Source: Candidatus Marinacidobacterales bacterium (GTDB taxonomy: Bacteria > Acidobacteriota > Vicinamibacteria > Marinacidobacterales > DATDRI01). Taken from it: a stretch of DNA of 64,000 bases. Of this stretch, positions 29,577 through 39,631 are shown one piece after another. The stretch is from NCBI GenBank assembly GCA_965226495.1, contig OZ245365.1, positions 2,304,001 to 2,368,000 on the forward strand, in the 5' to 3' direction. Under the pieces are notes generated by a model. The model searched no databases. It saw nothing but the letters and a program-made list of their open reading frames with translations, and was not told the DNA's origin. Position 1 is the first letter of the stretch. Each line of letters starts with the position of its first letter. Made by a program: the position numbers and the translations under genes.

Positions 29577-29768
29577 GGGGCGCACAGTAAGGCGGTGCCA
29601 CCGCCAAATGGACTGACGCCCAAACCACTCCCGTGCTTGTCTCCAGTGGACAGGGCGGATTGTCATGTTGTATAGTTATGACACTCGAAAAACTTAAAGT
29701 GCAGAGCGGCTACTATTCGCGTTCTGTTGGCTTGGTCGCGGCGAAGTCTTCTTCCCCAAGGGAGCGTG

Positions 29769-31853
29769 ATGCGGCAGGACCAGCGCATTCTCTTTGTAGA
29801 CGACGAAATTTCTTCCCGGGAAGCGTTCGCTTCTTCTTTGAAGCCGCTCGGCTTCCATATCGATCTTGCAAGTGACGCCGAAGAGGCGCTCTCTCTGGCC
29901 AGCCGCCATCAATATACGGTTGTCGCAGCCGATCTCCGTATGTCGGGCGCCGACGGTCTCAGTCTCATCGAGCGTCTCCGCGTGAAATGTCCGTGGGCGA
30001 CATATCTCTTGGTCACCGAGACCGCTAACCTCGGCGTTCCGGTCGATTCGCGCACGGTCGATGGAGTCCTTGCCAAGCCATGGAGTCCCGACGGCGTGTG
30101 CGCAGCCATTCGAGACGCTGTCCAACTGCATGCTGCCCGAGCAGGAGCGGAAGCCTGGAGCCCTCACGCGATCGGGGATCCGGCAAGCGCCATTCTTCTC
30201 ATCGAAGACAAGCCCGGTGACAAGCAGGTGGTCTCAGAACTGTTGACAAACTCTGCGGGAACGAATCACCGTGTCATACAAGTTAATCGCTTGAGCGAGG
30301 CGCTGAGATTGATGGACGGCACTTCCTTCAAGGCCGCATTCGTCGACATCGGAGTTCCCGACGCGCGCGGGCTCGAGTCTGTCGCCCGGCTGCGCGCCGC
30401 CGCGTCATCGCTACCCATCATCGTGTTAGCGGGAATAGATGATGAAGGTCTAGCGGTCCAGGCGCTGCAAGTTGGAGCGCAGGACTACATTCTCAAAGGT
30501 TTGTTCGACACCGGACTTCTCAATCGGGCGCTTCGCTACGCCATCGAACGGAAGGAATCCGAGGAGAAGCTCACGCGCTTGGCGTCCTACGACCAACTTA
30601 CGACGTTGGCCAACCGCCGACTGTTTCATGAAAGGCTTTCCCTGGCCTTGGCTCGGGCGAAACGCCGGGAAACCCATGTGACCGTGCTGGTTCTCAATCT
30701 GGATCGATTCAAGAGCATCAATGAGAGCTTCGGTTATGAGGCAGGGGATGCCCTTCTACGGGAAGTGGGCAAGCGGCTCAGTGAGAGTGTGAGGGAGTTC
30801 GAGACCTTGGCGCGTTTGGGTGGTGATGAGTTCGCCATCATCTTGGATGACCTCGAGCAGGAACAAGAGGCCACTGTGGTTGCGCAACGCGTTCTCGACA
30901 CGCTCGCAACTCCGTACCGAGTGAATGACCAAGAAGCAGTCGTCACCGGGAGCGTGGGCATAGCCTTCTATCCAGAGAACGGAGAGACGATCGATCAACT
31001 ACTCAAGTGTGCGGACTCGGCCATGCATCGCTCCAAAGAACGGGGAAGGAATAGTTATCAAATCTTCAGCAAGGAAATGCACTCCGACGTTCTCACCCGA
31101 ATGAGCCTGGAAAGGGATTTGCGCCACGCCTTGGAACGGGACGAATTTCGACTGCACTACCAACCGCAGCTATCTCTGGAGGACAACGAGCTCTTGGCTG
31201 TCGAGGCGTTGGTGCGGTGGGAGCACCCCGAGCGCGGTCTGATCGCGCCGATGGACTTCATCTATCTCCTCGAGGATACCGGTCTGATTATTGCCGCCGG
31301 GGAGTGGATCCTTCGAAAGGCTTGCGGGCAGGTGCGAGAGTGGCAAACTGGAGGGTTCAACAACCTGCGGGTGGCAGTCAACCTGTCGCCGAGGCAGTTC
31401 GAAGACAAGAATCTAGTCCAGGTCGTTCGCCGTGCGCTCGAGGATTTCCAGCTCGCTCCGCAATGTCTGGAGCTCGAGATCACCGAGAGCCATCTCATGC
31501 AGGACACCGAGCGGACCAAGGCGACGCTAGCCAGCATCAAATCCCTCGGCGTTCGGATTGCGGTGGACGACTTCGGGACGGGTTACTCGTCTTTGTCCTA
31601 CCTCAGAAAATTTCCCATCGATTCCCTCAAGATTGACAAGACCTTTGTGAGGGACATCACCACCGATCGGGACGATGCATCGATCGCGGCAGGAATCATC
31701 GGATTAGGACACAACCTCAGGCTGGACGTGATCGCCGAGGGCGTCGAGACGGAGGAGCAGTTGGCTTTTCTCTACAAGGAAGGCTGTGACGCGATCCAAG
31801 GCTATCTTTGCGGTCGACCGCAGCCGGCGGACGTCCTTCCTCGCGAGATATAA
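29769..31853 (+). CDS. REC-REC-GGDEF-EAL c-di-GMP enzyme
   Basis: Two receiver domains (ILFVDDE; ILLIED), ARLGGDEF, VEALVRW and DDFGTGYSS. Confidence 0.93.
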   Translation: MRQDQRILFVDDEISSREAFASSLKPLGFHIDLASDAEEALSLASRHQYTVVAADLRMSGADGLSLIERLRVKCPWATYLLVTETANLGVPVDSRTVDGVLAKPWSPDGVCAAIRDAVQLHAARAGAEAWSPHAIGDPASAILLIEDKPGDKQVVSELLTNSAGTNHRVIQVNRLSEALRLMDGTSFKAAFVDIGVPDARGLESVARLRAAASSLPIIVLAGIDDEGLAVQALQVGAQDYILKGLFDTGLLNRALRYAIERKESEEKLTRLASYDQLTTLANRRLFHERLSLALARAKRRETHVTVLVLNLDRFKSINESFGYEAGDALLREVGKRLSESVREFETLARLGGDEFAIILDDLEQEQEATVVAQRVLDTLATPYRVNDQEAVVTGSVGIAFYPENGETIDQLLKCADSAMHRSKERGRNSYQIFSKEMHSDVLTRMSLERDLRHALERDEFRLHYQPQLSLEDNELLAVEALVRWEHPERGLIAPMDFIYLLEDTGLIIAAGEWILRKACGQVREWQTGGFNNLRVAVNLSPRQFEDKNLVQVVRRALEDFQLAPQCLELEITESHLMQDTERTKATLASIKSLGVRIAVDDFGTGYSSLSYLRKFPIDSLKIDKTFVRDITTDRDDASIAAGIIGLGHNLRLDVIAEGVETEEQLAFLYKEGCDAIQGYLCGRPQPADVLPREI

Positions 31854-32009
31854 AGCAGTCCCTTCTAGTGTCCTGTATCAGTAGATCGTTGCCTAAAGCT
31901 CGAGACCATTTTGTGGGCTGGCGAGGAGTGACGACGACGTCATATCTGGATATTTCGAGGAGTAACAACGAAGCCAGCGCGCAAAAGGGGCCGAGACTTA
32001 GGTGACGAA

Positions 32010-32174
32010 TTACTGATCGGTGGACGCGCCTTCCTCTTCCGCTCGTCGTCTCTTCTCGTGGACGCCGCGTTCCGCGCGGGTCGGGCGTGCCTTGCTGCGG
32101 CGGGAGAGCCCTTTGACGGCTTTGACTGTCCTTTTCCGGGCTGACGATTTCTTTTTCTTCTTGCGGCTGGCCAT
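32010..32174 (-). CDS. Putative 54-aa highly basic protein (MASRKKKKKSSARKR...)
   Basis: ATG-TAA ORF just downstream of 32190-32489 on the same strand; K/R-rich; too short for the ORF track. Confidence 0.4.
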   Translation of the reverse strand: MASRKKKKKSSARKRTVKAVKGLSRRSKARPTRAERGVHEKRRRAEEEGASTDQ

Positions 32175-32189
32175 CGACGGCACTATGAG

Positions 32190-32489
32190 TCAATGAATGA
32201 TTTGGGGCTCCCCCGAGCCCTCGATAACCACGCGCGCCGCCGAACCCCGGGAGTCGACGAACAGAATGTGAATCGGAAGGGCGTGGAGACCGCCGGCCGA
32301 GTGTTGGGCAAGAAACGTCGGCTTCAGATCCGCCGTCTCTCCGATTCGCTCGAAGCTTCCCATATCCATGGACCCGTTCGCAGCAATCGCTGAAAAGTAA
32401 AGGGGAGCCTCGAATCCTTTCGCCTGGAGATTTTCGATGATCTCCGTAAACTCTTCAGAAGCCATGTATTCGCGAAGGTTGCGTTCCAT
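32190..32489 (-). CDS. Hypothetical protein (99 aa)
   Basis: MERNLREYM...LPIHILFVDSRG; fills the gap on the minus strand. Confidence 0.55.
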   Translation of the reverse strand: MERNLREYMASEEFTEIIENLQAKGFEAPLYFSAIAANGSMDMGSFERIGETADLKPTFLAQHSAGGLHALPIHILFVDSRGSAARVVIEGSGEPQIIH

Positions 32490-32577
32490 ATTCGTGTCTC
32501 TGCGGCTGTTGGTAGCAGTTTCCCGGTTTCTTCGACTATAGTCAATTAGGCGAGGAGTCGCCGAAAGGAGCTCACTC

Positions 32578-33156
32578 ATGGCCTCCAACTCTCCGCGCGA
32601 AATGTTGGAGTCACTGGCCCGGAACCTCCCCAACCGAACCGGCAAGACGCTCGAGCAATGGGCCCGCTTGGTCAAAACGAAAGGGCCTAAGACCACTAGG
32701 GAGCGCGTTGCCTGGTTGCGGAAGCATCACAGTCTGGGCGGTCCCACCGCGGCGGTCATCGTTGCCAAGGCGGAGGGGCAAGATCTTGCCGCGCCCTATG
32801 AGGCGGGTGATCAGCTCGTCGAGTCCATGTTTTCGGGAGGGAAGGCGGAGCTCAAACCGATTTACGAAGCGGCGGTGAGATCGGCCGCGACGCTTGGAAA
32901 AGACGTCGTCGTTTCACCTCGCAAGACCTACGTGACGCTGACGCGCAAACGCCAATTCGCGGCAATCCAGCCGAGCACGCTCACGCGAGTGGACCTGGGA
33001 CTGGTGCTCCCCGGCGTCAAGGCTAAGGGGCGACTCCAAGAGTCCGATCGCGTTGGAGGTGGACGCGTCACTCACTGCATTGCGCTTACCAAGGTCGGCG
33101 ACTTCAATGCCGAAGTCAAGAAGTGGCTGAAGGCCGCCTACGAGCAAGACGCATAA
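32578..33156 (+). CDS. DUF4287/DUF5655 domain protein
   Basis: NLPNRTGKTLEQW...LRKHHSLG; KTYV...QFA...RVDLG; WLKAAY. Confidence 0.85.
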   Translation: MASNSPREMLESLARNLPNRTGKTLEQWARLVKTKGPKTTRERVAWLRKHHSLGGPTAAVIVAKAEGQDLAAPYEAGDQLVESMFSGGKAELKPIYEAAVRSAATLGKDVVVSPRKTYVTLTRKRQFAAIQPSTLTRVDLGLVLPGVKAKGRLQESDRVGGGRVTHCIALTKVGDFNAEVKKWLKAAYEQDA

Positions 33157-33178
33157 ACGTCGAGGCTCATTAGATATT

Positions 33179-34513
33179 TTGTCAGTCCCAGCGCGCCACA
33201 CCAAAAAAATAGAGATAGCCCTCATCCTCATCGGTCTGGCAGTTCTCTTCTTCTGCCTTCCTCATTTCGTTTCCGGTGATGGATACCTTCGGTTTCGGGC
33301 GCTAAGACGCCTGAGCGAAACAGGGCAGATCGTGCGCACCGGGCATTCCATGATCGGCCCCCTGTTTGCGTTCCTGTTATGGCCGCTGGGCAAGTTATAT
33401 GAATCGGCGGAATGGTGGATTGCGAGGTTCAATTGTTTCGTTTTCGCCGGAGGGCTGTTCGTTTTCTATCGACTCCTGAAAGACAAGCTTGACCCGAGTG
33501 TAGTCCGGAAATTCTTGCTGATTCTTTTGATCGGTTCGATGTTTCCGAGTCATTTGAAGGACTTTTATGGAGAAGTGTTCACCGCGGTGGTGGTGGGTGC
33601 GGCCCTTCTCGCAACGCAGGTGGGTCATCCTCGATGGTCCCGATGGGCCGGCTGGGGATGGGCCGGGGTGGTCGTCGGTGCGGTCAACACGCCGGCTGCC
33701 ATGGTAGGCGTCGGGACCGTCGCTGCGTCGGAGACACTTTACAAGAAACGCTTTCGGTATCTTCTCGTGCCGGTCGCAGCGGCCGGATTGGTTCTCTTCG
33801 AGTCTTGGGTGAGGCGGGGCTCTCCGTGGCTCACAGGTTACGAAGGAAACGCGGGAGCGGAAACCATACTGACGTACTCCGGCCAACCGGGCTTCAGCTA
33901 TCCGCTTTTTCTCGGGGTTCTTTCACTCCTTTTTTCCTTTGGGAAGGGGTTGGTGTTCTTTGCCCCGGGACTCTTGCTCTCTTTTGGCGGCGCGATGGCG
34001 TCTCTCAAAGAGGAGCTGAGGCGCAGCTACCGTCTGTGGATCTGGTTCCTGGTTGGCTTGGTCCTCGTCTACTCGAAGTGGTGGGCGTGGTATGGGGGCT
34101 GGACGTGGGGGCCGAGGTTTCTCCTCTTCGCATCGATTCCGGCGTCGTTTGCACTCGCAGTGGGTTTGTCACGGGTCGGAAAGTCGGTAGGGAAGAACCT
34201 GCTCGTTCTTCTGCTGCTGGCCGCGTCGTTTTGGGTCGGCGCCAACGGTGCCGTCTTTGGGCTCGACTATCTGGAGGATTGCCGAGCCGCTGACTATGAG
34301 TTCTTGTGTTGGTACGTACCGGAGTTCAGCGTGCTGTGGCGGCCTTTCGTCGCCAGGGACCTCCCGGACGGTAGGGAAGCAGCACTCCTAGGCTACGGAC
34401 TTCTGGTGTTCGCGTACCTCGCGGGTCCTCTTGTCCGCGCGCTAGGTGGCGGGCTCCGAAAGGGCTTCTCCGATCTAGGGACGCGTTATCTGGGTACTGG
34501 CTGGCGTTTCTAG
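33179..34513 (+). CDS. Polytopic membrane protein, GT-C fold glycosyltransferase-like
   Basis: Many TM helices; LFSFGKGLVFFAP and WYGGWTWGPRFL motifs. Confidence 0.75.
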   Translation: MSVPARHTKKIEIALILIGLAVLFFCLPHFVSGDGYLRFRALRRLSETGQIVRTGHSMIGPLFAFLLWPLGKLYESAEWWIARFNCFVFAGGLFVFYRLLKDKLDPSVVRKFLLILLIGSMFPSHLKDFYGEVFTAVVVGAALLATQVGHPRWSRWAGWGWAGVVVGAVNTPAAMVGVGTVAASETLYKKRFRYLLVPVAAAGLVLFESWVRRGSPWLTGYEGNAGAETILTYSGQPGFSYPLFLGVLSLLFSFGKGLVFFAPGLLLSFGGAMASLKEELRRSYRLWIWFLVGLVLVYSKWWAWYGGWTWGPRFLLFASIPASFALAVGLSRVGKSVGKNLLVLLLLAASFWVGANGAVFGLDYLEDCRAADYEFLCWYVPEFSVLWRPFVARDLPDGREAALLGYGLLVFAYLAGPLVRALGGGLRKGFSDLGTRYLGTGWRF

Positions 34514-34539
34514 CGTCTCCCAAGACTTCCGTTTTTGAC

Positions 34540-34602
34540 TTGACAAGGAAGCCCCCCAGTTGTATATTTGCAGGGTACAACTAAAAGGCTTGTAGCATGC
34601 AA
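34540..34602 (+). promoter_or_regulatory. Sigma70 promoter of the MarR-ars operon with two operator palindromes
   Basis: TTGACA (34540-45), 17 bp, TATATT (34563-68); TTGCAgggTACAA (34568-80) and TTGTAgcaTGCAA (34590-602). Confidence 0.8.
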
Positions 34603-35085
34603 ATAACGAAAGAAGGCATCGCGGAAGCGACTCCAGAGCTCAAGCGCTCGGCCGTGACGCTCCATCGGGCCCTCACCGACTTCGTGCGGCAGTATCAATT
34701 CCGAAACCGCAACGAGATCTGCTGCTACGGCGTCACCGTGTCTCAGTGCTATTTACTCGACGCGCTGGCCACACGAGGTCCACTTTCCATGCAGGAGCTG
34801 GCGGGCCACCTGTGTTTGAAGATCAGCACCGTGACCCGGCTCGTCGATGGCCTGGTGAAGAAGAAGCTCGTCCGGCGCCAAAAGGATAGCGAGGACCGTC
34901 GGGTCGTACGCGCCGAGCTCACAGACGCGGGCCAGAAGACGCAGGAAAAGATTACCGGTGACCTGCTAGCGACGCAGGAGCAGATTCTTCTATCCATGCC
35001 CGAGAATGTGCGGGAGGAAGTCGTGCGGGCTATCTGCACTCTTGTTCGAAAGGTGAGTCCGGGGAGTAGCGAGTGCTGCGTTTGA
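34597..35085 (+). CDS. MarR-family regulator with vicinal Cys pairs
   Basis: STVTRLVDGL and DRRVVRAELT winged helix; ICCYG..QC and C-terminal ECCV. Confidence 0.9.
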   Translation: MQITKEGIAEATPELKRSAVTLHRALTDFVRQYQFRNRNEICCYGVTVSQCYLLDALATRGPLSMQELAGHLCLKISTVTRLVDGLVKKKLVRRQKDSEDRRVVRAELTDAGQKTQEKITGDLLATQEQILLSMPENVREEVVRAICTLVRKVSPGSSECCV

Positions 35086-35106
35086 GCCCTTTTTTTGCGG
35101 CAATGC

Positions 35107-35119
35107 TTGCAGCATACAA
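35107..35119 (+). promoter_or_regulatory. Third copy of the operator, upstream of arsM
   Basis: TTGCAgcaTACAA followed by ATAAC, as in the 34590 copy. Confidence 0.65.
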
Positions 35120-35135
35120 ATAACAGGAGGCGAAG

Positions 35136-36041
35136 ATGACGAATGCGGTTCAGATCAAGGAAAAAGTAAAAGACCATTACACACGTGCTGTCGAGGGACG
35201 GGGTGGATGTTGCGGCCCTGCGCCTCATAAGACAAAACGAGAGGCCGGTGAGGCTTCGCCAAAGAGTGGTTGTTGCGGCGGCGGAACCGACCTCGTCAAC
35301 CTTTCCGGATACAAGAAAGACGAGCTCGCGAGTCTGCCGGAGGACGCCGTCCAGAGCTCCTTCGGCTGCGGTAACCCCGTTGCCTTTGCTGGCGTTCAAG
35401 AGGGACAAACGGTCGTCGATATCGGCTCCGGAGCGGGGATCGACTGTCTCCTAGCGGCGGAGCGAGTGGGCCCAGAAGGCCAGGTGATCGGTCTCGACAT
35501 GACCCCGTTGATGATCGAAAGGGCACGTGCCAACGTTCGCAAAGCGGGAGCCGACAACGTCGAGTTCCGCTTGGGCGACGCAGAGACGATGCCCATCGAG
35601 GACGGGGAAGCAGACTGGATCGTCTCCAATTGCGTCATCAACCTCGCGCCCGACAAGAAGAAGGTTTTTCGCGAAGCCTATCGCGTGTTGAAACCCGGGG
35701 GACGAGTTTCCGTCAGCGATATCGTCGCCCGCATTCCGCGCCCATTCCGAACCCCGACGCTTTATGCTTCTTGCTTGAGCGGAGCCCTGCCGGAAGAGGA
35801 TTACTTGGACGCGATCCAAAGCGCCGGTTTCACCGACGTCAAAGTGGTCGGGCGACACGTTTACGACACCGAGCAGCTTTCGGCTCTCTTCGGCGAGCAT
35901 GGATGGGTCGGCGCTTTCTTGCGACTTGCGGCAAGCCCGCGTTCCCGCGTGCTGAGACCATTGGCCAACCGCTTGCTGGGACGAGTAGCCAGCATCCAGG
36001 TCTCAGCGGTGAAGCCGACCCGGGAGCAAGCGGCAGCGTGA
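35136..36041 (+). CDS. arsM: Arsenite S-adenosylmethionine methyltransferase
   Basis: SFGCGNP, VDIGSGAGID, SNCVINL and SCLSGA motifs; N-terminal CC pairs. Confidence 0.92.
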   Translation: MTNAVQIKEKVKDHYTRAVEGRGGCCGPAPHKTKREAGEASPKSGCCGGGTDLVNLSGYKKDELASLPEDAVQSSFGCGNPVAFAGVQEGQTVVDIGSGAGIDCLLAAERVGPEGQVIGLDMTPLMIERARANVRKAGADNVEFRLGDAETMPIEDGEADWIVSNCVINLAPDKKKVFREAYRVLKPGGRVSVSDIVARIPRPFRTPTLYASCLSGALPEEDYLDAIQSAGFTDVKVVGRHVYDTEQLSALFGEHGWVGAFLRLAASPRSRVLRPLANRLLGRVASIQVSAVKPTREQAAA

Positions 36042-36520
36042 ACACCGCCATTCGAGCCGCGGACCAGAGCGAGCTCTCCGAAGTGCTCGCTCTAGTCAGC
36101 GACTGTGACCTTCCCGTCGACGGTGTCGAGGAGAACCTAGCCGGTTTTCTTGTCGCCCGAGAGAATGAAACGCTGGTCGGAACGATCGGGCTCGAATGCT
36201 ATGGTGAGGTGGGTCTCCTCCGCTCGCTGGCTGTGGCATCGAGCGGACGGGGCCAGGGATTGGGTGGAAGGTTGGTAGAGATGCTACTCGGTCACGCGAA
36301 GGAGCGGGGCGTGACTACGGTCTACTTGTTGACCGAAACGGCGGGAAATTTCTTCCCGCGTTTCGGCTTCAAGAAAATGCCTCGCGTGGAGCTCGACCCT
36401 GCTCTCGACGCTTCTCGGGAACTACAAGGGGTTTGCTCAGAAACCGCTGTGGCCATGCGCTTGAGGCTCGGCCAAGGTCCCTACTCCGTGATCGCCAGTA
36501 AATCCAACAGAAACGTGTAG
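36038..36520 (+). CDS. arsN2: GNAT N-acetyltransferase, arsenic-resistance ArsN2 type
   Basis: GTG start overlapping the arsM stop; LLRSLAV...RGQGLG, YLLTETA.FF and C....AM motifs. Confidence 0.85.
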   Translation: MNTAIRAADQSELSEVLALVSDCDLPVDGVEENLAGFLVARENETLVGTIGLECYGEVGLLRSLAVASSGRGQGLGGRLVEMLLGHAKERGVTTVYLLTETAGNFFPRFGFKKMPRVELDPALDASRELQGVCSETAVAMRLRLGQGPYSVIASKSNRNV

Positions 36521-38580
36521 GCGAGCGCGGTCTCCTGGTGACGCTTGAATCGTCCCGACGGCCCGCCGTGACCGGCGTCCATGTTGGTTTTCAATATCAG
36601 AACGTTGTCATCGGTCTTCAGGGCTCGTAGCTTCGCCACCCACTTTGCGGGCTCCCAGTACTGCACTTGGGAATCGTGGAGCCCGGCGGTGATCAGCAAG
36701 TGTGGGTAATCTTTAGCCTCGACGTTGTCATAGGGCGAGTAGGACAGCATGTAGTCGTAATATTCTTTGTCATTGGGATCGCCCCACTCGTCGTACTCGC
36801 CGGTGGTAAGGGGAATGTCGGGGTCGAGCATCGTTGTAACCACATCGACGAAAGGTACATCCGCGACCACTCCTTCGAAAAGCTCGGGTGCCATGTTTAC
36901 GACCGCACCTATCAGCAGGCCGCCGGCGCTTCCGCCCATCGCGAAAAGCCGGTCTTTACTCGTGTAACCTTCCGCGACCAAATACTCGCCACAGTCGATG
37001 AAGTCGGTGAAAGTGTTTTTCTTCGTGAGAAGCTTGCCATTTTCGTACCATTGACGTCCGAGCTCCTGGCCGCCACGAATATGGGCGATGGCGTAGGCGA
37101 AGCCGCGCTCCAGGAGGCTCAACCGCGACGAGCTGAAGGTGGGGTCCATCGACATGCCATAGGAACCGTACGCGTAGAGGAGTAGCGGCGCGCTCCCGTC
37201 CTTTTTCGTGCCCTTGGGGAAGACGATGGAGATGGGCACCTTCTTGCCGTCTCTCGCCACGGCGTGGAGACGCTCGGTGCGGTAGTCGGTGGAGTCAAAA
37301 TCACCGACCACCTCGTCCTGCTTGAGCAAAATTTTCTCCTTCGTCACCATGTCGTAATCGTAGGTCGACCACGGAGTGGCCATGGATGAATAGCCGTAGC
37401 GTAAGACCCGGCTGCCGAGCTCCCGGTTCGTGCTGGTGTAGGCGAAATAGGCCGGCTCTCCGAAATCCAGGTAGTGTTCATGACTACCGTCCCAAGGAAT
37501 GACGCGGATGTGATTGAGTCCGTCCTCGCGCTCGGTCACCACCAGGAAGTCCTGGAAGAGATCGTAGTCCCTCAAGAATACGTCGGTGCGGTGGGGGATG
37601 ACTTCGCGCCACTTCTTCTTGTCGGTGTTGGCGAGGGCAGTTTCCATGAGCCGGAAGTTCGGTGCTTCCCAGTTGGTTCGGATATAGAACTTGTCGGCCA
37701 GGTGCTCGACGGAATACTCGTGATTCGGCTCCCTCGGTAGGATAACCTTGAACTCACCGGTCGGGTTCGCCGCCTCGAGGTAGCGATACTCGGTGCTGAG
37801 CGTCTGGGAGGTGCCGATAATGAGGTACTTCCGCGACTTGGTCCTCGAGATGAAGCAGCTGAATTCTTCATCGGCTTCCTCGTATACCAAGGCATCTCTG
37901 GTCGGATCGGTGCCTAGGACGTGCCGATAGATTCGATCGGATCGCAGCGTCTCGGGGTCCTGCTTGGTGTAGAAGATCGTCTTGTTATCGTTGGCCCAGG
38001 CGACGTTCCCGGTCACGTCGGGAAGGACGTCGTCGTACATCTCCCCGGTTGTGAGGTTCTTGAAGCGCAGCGTATAGAACCGTCGCCCGACGGTATCGAC
38101 GCTGAAGGCGAGAACGTCCCGGCCCGAGCTCACCGACAGGGTGCCGAGCGAGAAGAAGTCGTGCCCCTGGGCGAGCTCGTTGGCGTTGACCATGATCTGC
38201 TCTGGCGCGTCGAGGGAGTCTTTCTTGCGGCCGTAGATGGCGTATTCCTCGTCTCCTTGATAGCGGTAGTAGTAGTAATAGCCGTCGTACGGGAAGGGGG
38301 CGGACGCGTCGTCTTTCTTGATGCGCCCCTTGATCTCCTCGAAGAGTGCGTCCTGCAGCTTCTCGGTGTGTTTCATAACGCCGTCGAGATAGGCGTTCTC
38401 GGCGGTTAGGTAGTCGATGACTTCTGGGTTTTCCCGCTCCTTCAGCCAGTAGTAGTTGTCGGTTCTCACGTCCCCGTGCATTTCGAGCTGATGGGGGACG
38501 ATCTTGGCTTTGGGAGGCGTGATTGTGTCCTTGGGTTCCACCAGGCTCAAGACTAGCACGGCCATTAGTAGAAGTCGCAA
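36481..38580 (-). CDS. ptrB: Oligopeptidase B (S9A)
   Basis: DNYYWL, GGSAGGLL, DSQVQYWEPAKW and AGHGG motifs. Confidence 0.95.
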   Translation of the reverse strand: MRLLLMAVLVLSLVEPKDTITPPKAKIVPHQLEMHGDVRTDNYYWLKERENPEVIDYLTAENAYLDGVMKHTEKLQDALFEEIKGRIKKDDASAPFPYDGYYYYYRYQGDEEYAIYGRKKDSLDAPEQIMVNANELAQGHDFFSLGTLSVSSGRDVLAFSVDTVGRRFYTLRFKNLTTGEMYDDVLPDVTGNVAWANDNKTIFYTKQDPETLRSDRIYRHVLGTDPTRDALVYEEADEEFSCFISRTKSRKYLIIGTSQTLSTEYRYLEAANPTGEFKVILPREPNHEYSVEHLADKFYIRTNWEAPNFRLMETALANTDKKKWREVIPHRTDVFLRDYDLFQDFLVVTEREDGLNHIRVIPWDGSHEHYLDFGEPAYFAYTSTNRELGSRVLRYGYSSMATPWSTYDYDMVTKEKILLKQDEVVGDFDSTDYRTERLHAVARDGKKVPISIVFPKGTKKDGSAPLLLYAYGSYGMSMDPTFSSSRLSLLERGFAYAIAHIRGGQELGRQWYENGKLLTKKNTFTDFIDCGEYLVAEGYTSKDRLFAMGGSAGGLLIGAVVNMAPELFEGVVADVPFVDVVTTMLDPDIPLTTGEYDEWGDPNDKEYYDYMLSYSPYDNVEAKDYPHLLITAGLHDSQVQYWEPAKWVAKLRALKTDDNVLILKTNMDAGHGGPSGRFKRHQETALAYTFLLDLLAITE

Positions 38581-38615
38581 CGAAGTGTCCTCTCTGTACG
38601 TTTAGCGCGATTTCC

Positions 38616-39629
38616 TCAGCGGCGCCAGCTCAGTCCGACGAAAGCCCCTCCGTTGCGGCGGCAAAGCTCTCGCATCAAGGTCGCGAACCGTACACCGGTG
38701 TTCTCCGGAAATCCCGACTGAGAGAACATGACCGGGAAGCCGATACCGTGGATTCGAACCAAGCGATTCCCTTGCGAATCTTCCTTGTTGATGCGATCGA
38801 CGGTCTCGACGACAGCGTCGATAGAGCGTCCGGTGAACTCGTCGCCGAAGACGTAGAGACTAATCTTCTTGTCGGGCGCGGCGTAGCGCCTAATGGCGCG
38901 CGTAATTCCTTCCACCGGGCTGCTGTTGCTGAAGGGAGACCATGTCCGGAGCCGGTCGAGAATCACTTGACGCCTCCCCGGAGTGTCCGGAATCCATCTG
39001 CCAGCGTAGTTGCTGAACATGTGCTGGCCCATGTCGTTCATGACCTGCAGACCCTTCACCTTGGGATAAATGTCGAGCGTCTCTTTCATCTTTCGGTTGA
39101 CCATGGACCAGGCGTAGTTGTGCATGCTGCCCGACGTATCGATGATAAAGATGACGTACTCACTGTCGACGGGTATCCCTCCGACGGTGGCGTCCTTGGG
39201 ATCGCGTCGATGGGCGAGACCGAGAAGCCGTTTCATCTCCTCGTTCAGCTCTTGACGTGCGGCGAGTAGGCGACCCTCCACGATATCGCTGACTTCCGAG
39301 AGCTCCTCGCTGGCCGCGTACTCCCCTCGAATCTTGGAGAAATCACCGCGGAGGCGAGCAATTCGGACGCGCTCCTTGGATACTTGCTCTTCCTTGGAGA
39401 TGAGCTTCCGATTCAGAACGTTCGTCTCGCCGCGGATCTCGTAGAGCTCTTCTTGAAGGCGGGCGACCAGGCCTTCGAGCTCGATCCGTAGCGCCTCGAG
39501 GGCGCGGGGCTCACCGATCTTGGTCAAGACCAACAACAGAATGATGGCGCCGAAGCCGCAGCAAATACAATCCAGGAAGGACAGGCTGAAGCCCGCACTA
39601 TCGCTTCGTCGTTTGGCCCTTCTCTTCAT
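38616..39629 (-). CDS. ExbD/TolR-like TM, coiled coil and vWA domain protein
   Basis: FSLSFLDCICCGFGAIILL; MIDAS IIDTSGSM; GDEF. Confidence 0.85.
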   Translation of the reverse strand: MKRRAKRRSDSAGFSLSFLDCICCGFGAIILLLVLTKIGEPRALEALRIELEGLVARLQEELYEIRGETNVLNRKLISKEEQVSKERVRIARLRGDFSKIRGEYAASEELSEVSDIVEGRLLAARQELNEEMKRLLGLAHRRDPKDATVGGIPVDSEYVIFIIDTSGSMHNYAWSMVNRKMKETLDIYPKVKGLQVMNDMGQHMFSNYAGRWIPDTPGRRQVILDRLRTWSPFSNSSPVEGITRAIRRYAAPDKKISLYVFGDEFTGRSIDAVVETVDRINKEDSQGNRLVRIHGIGFPVMFSQSGFPENTGVRFATLMRELCRRNGGAFVGLSWRR

Positions 39630-39631
39630 CC

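Noticed and set aside
35630-36037. N-terminal extension of the GNAT ORF
   Set aside because: Alternative frame inside arsM. The real start is the GTG at 36038.
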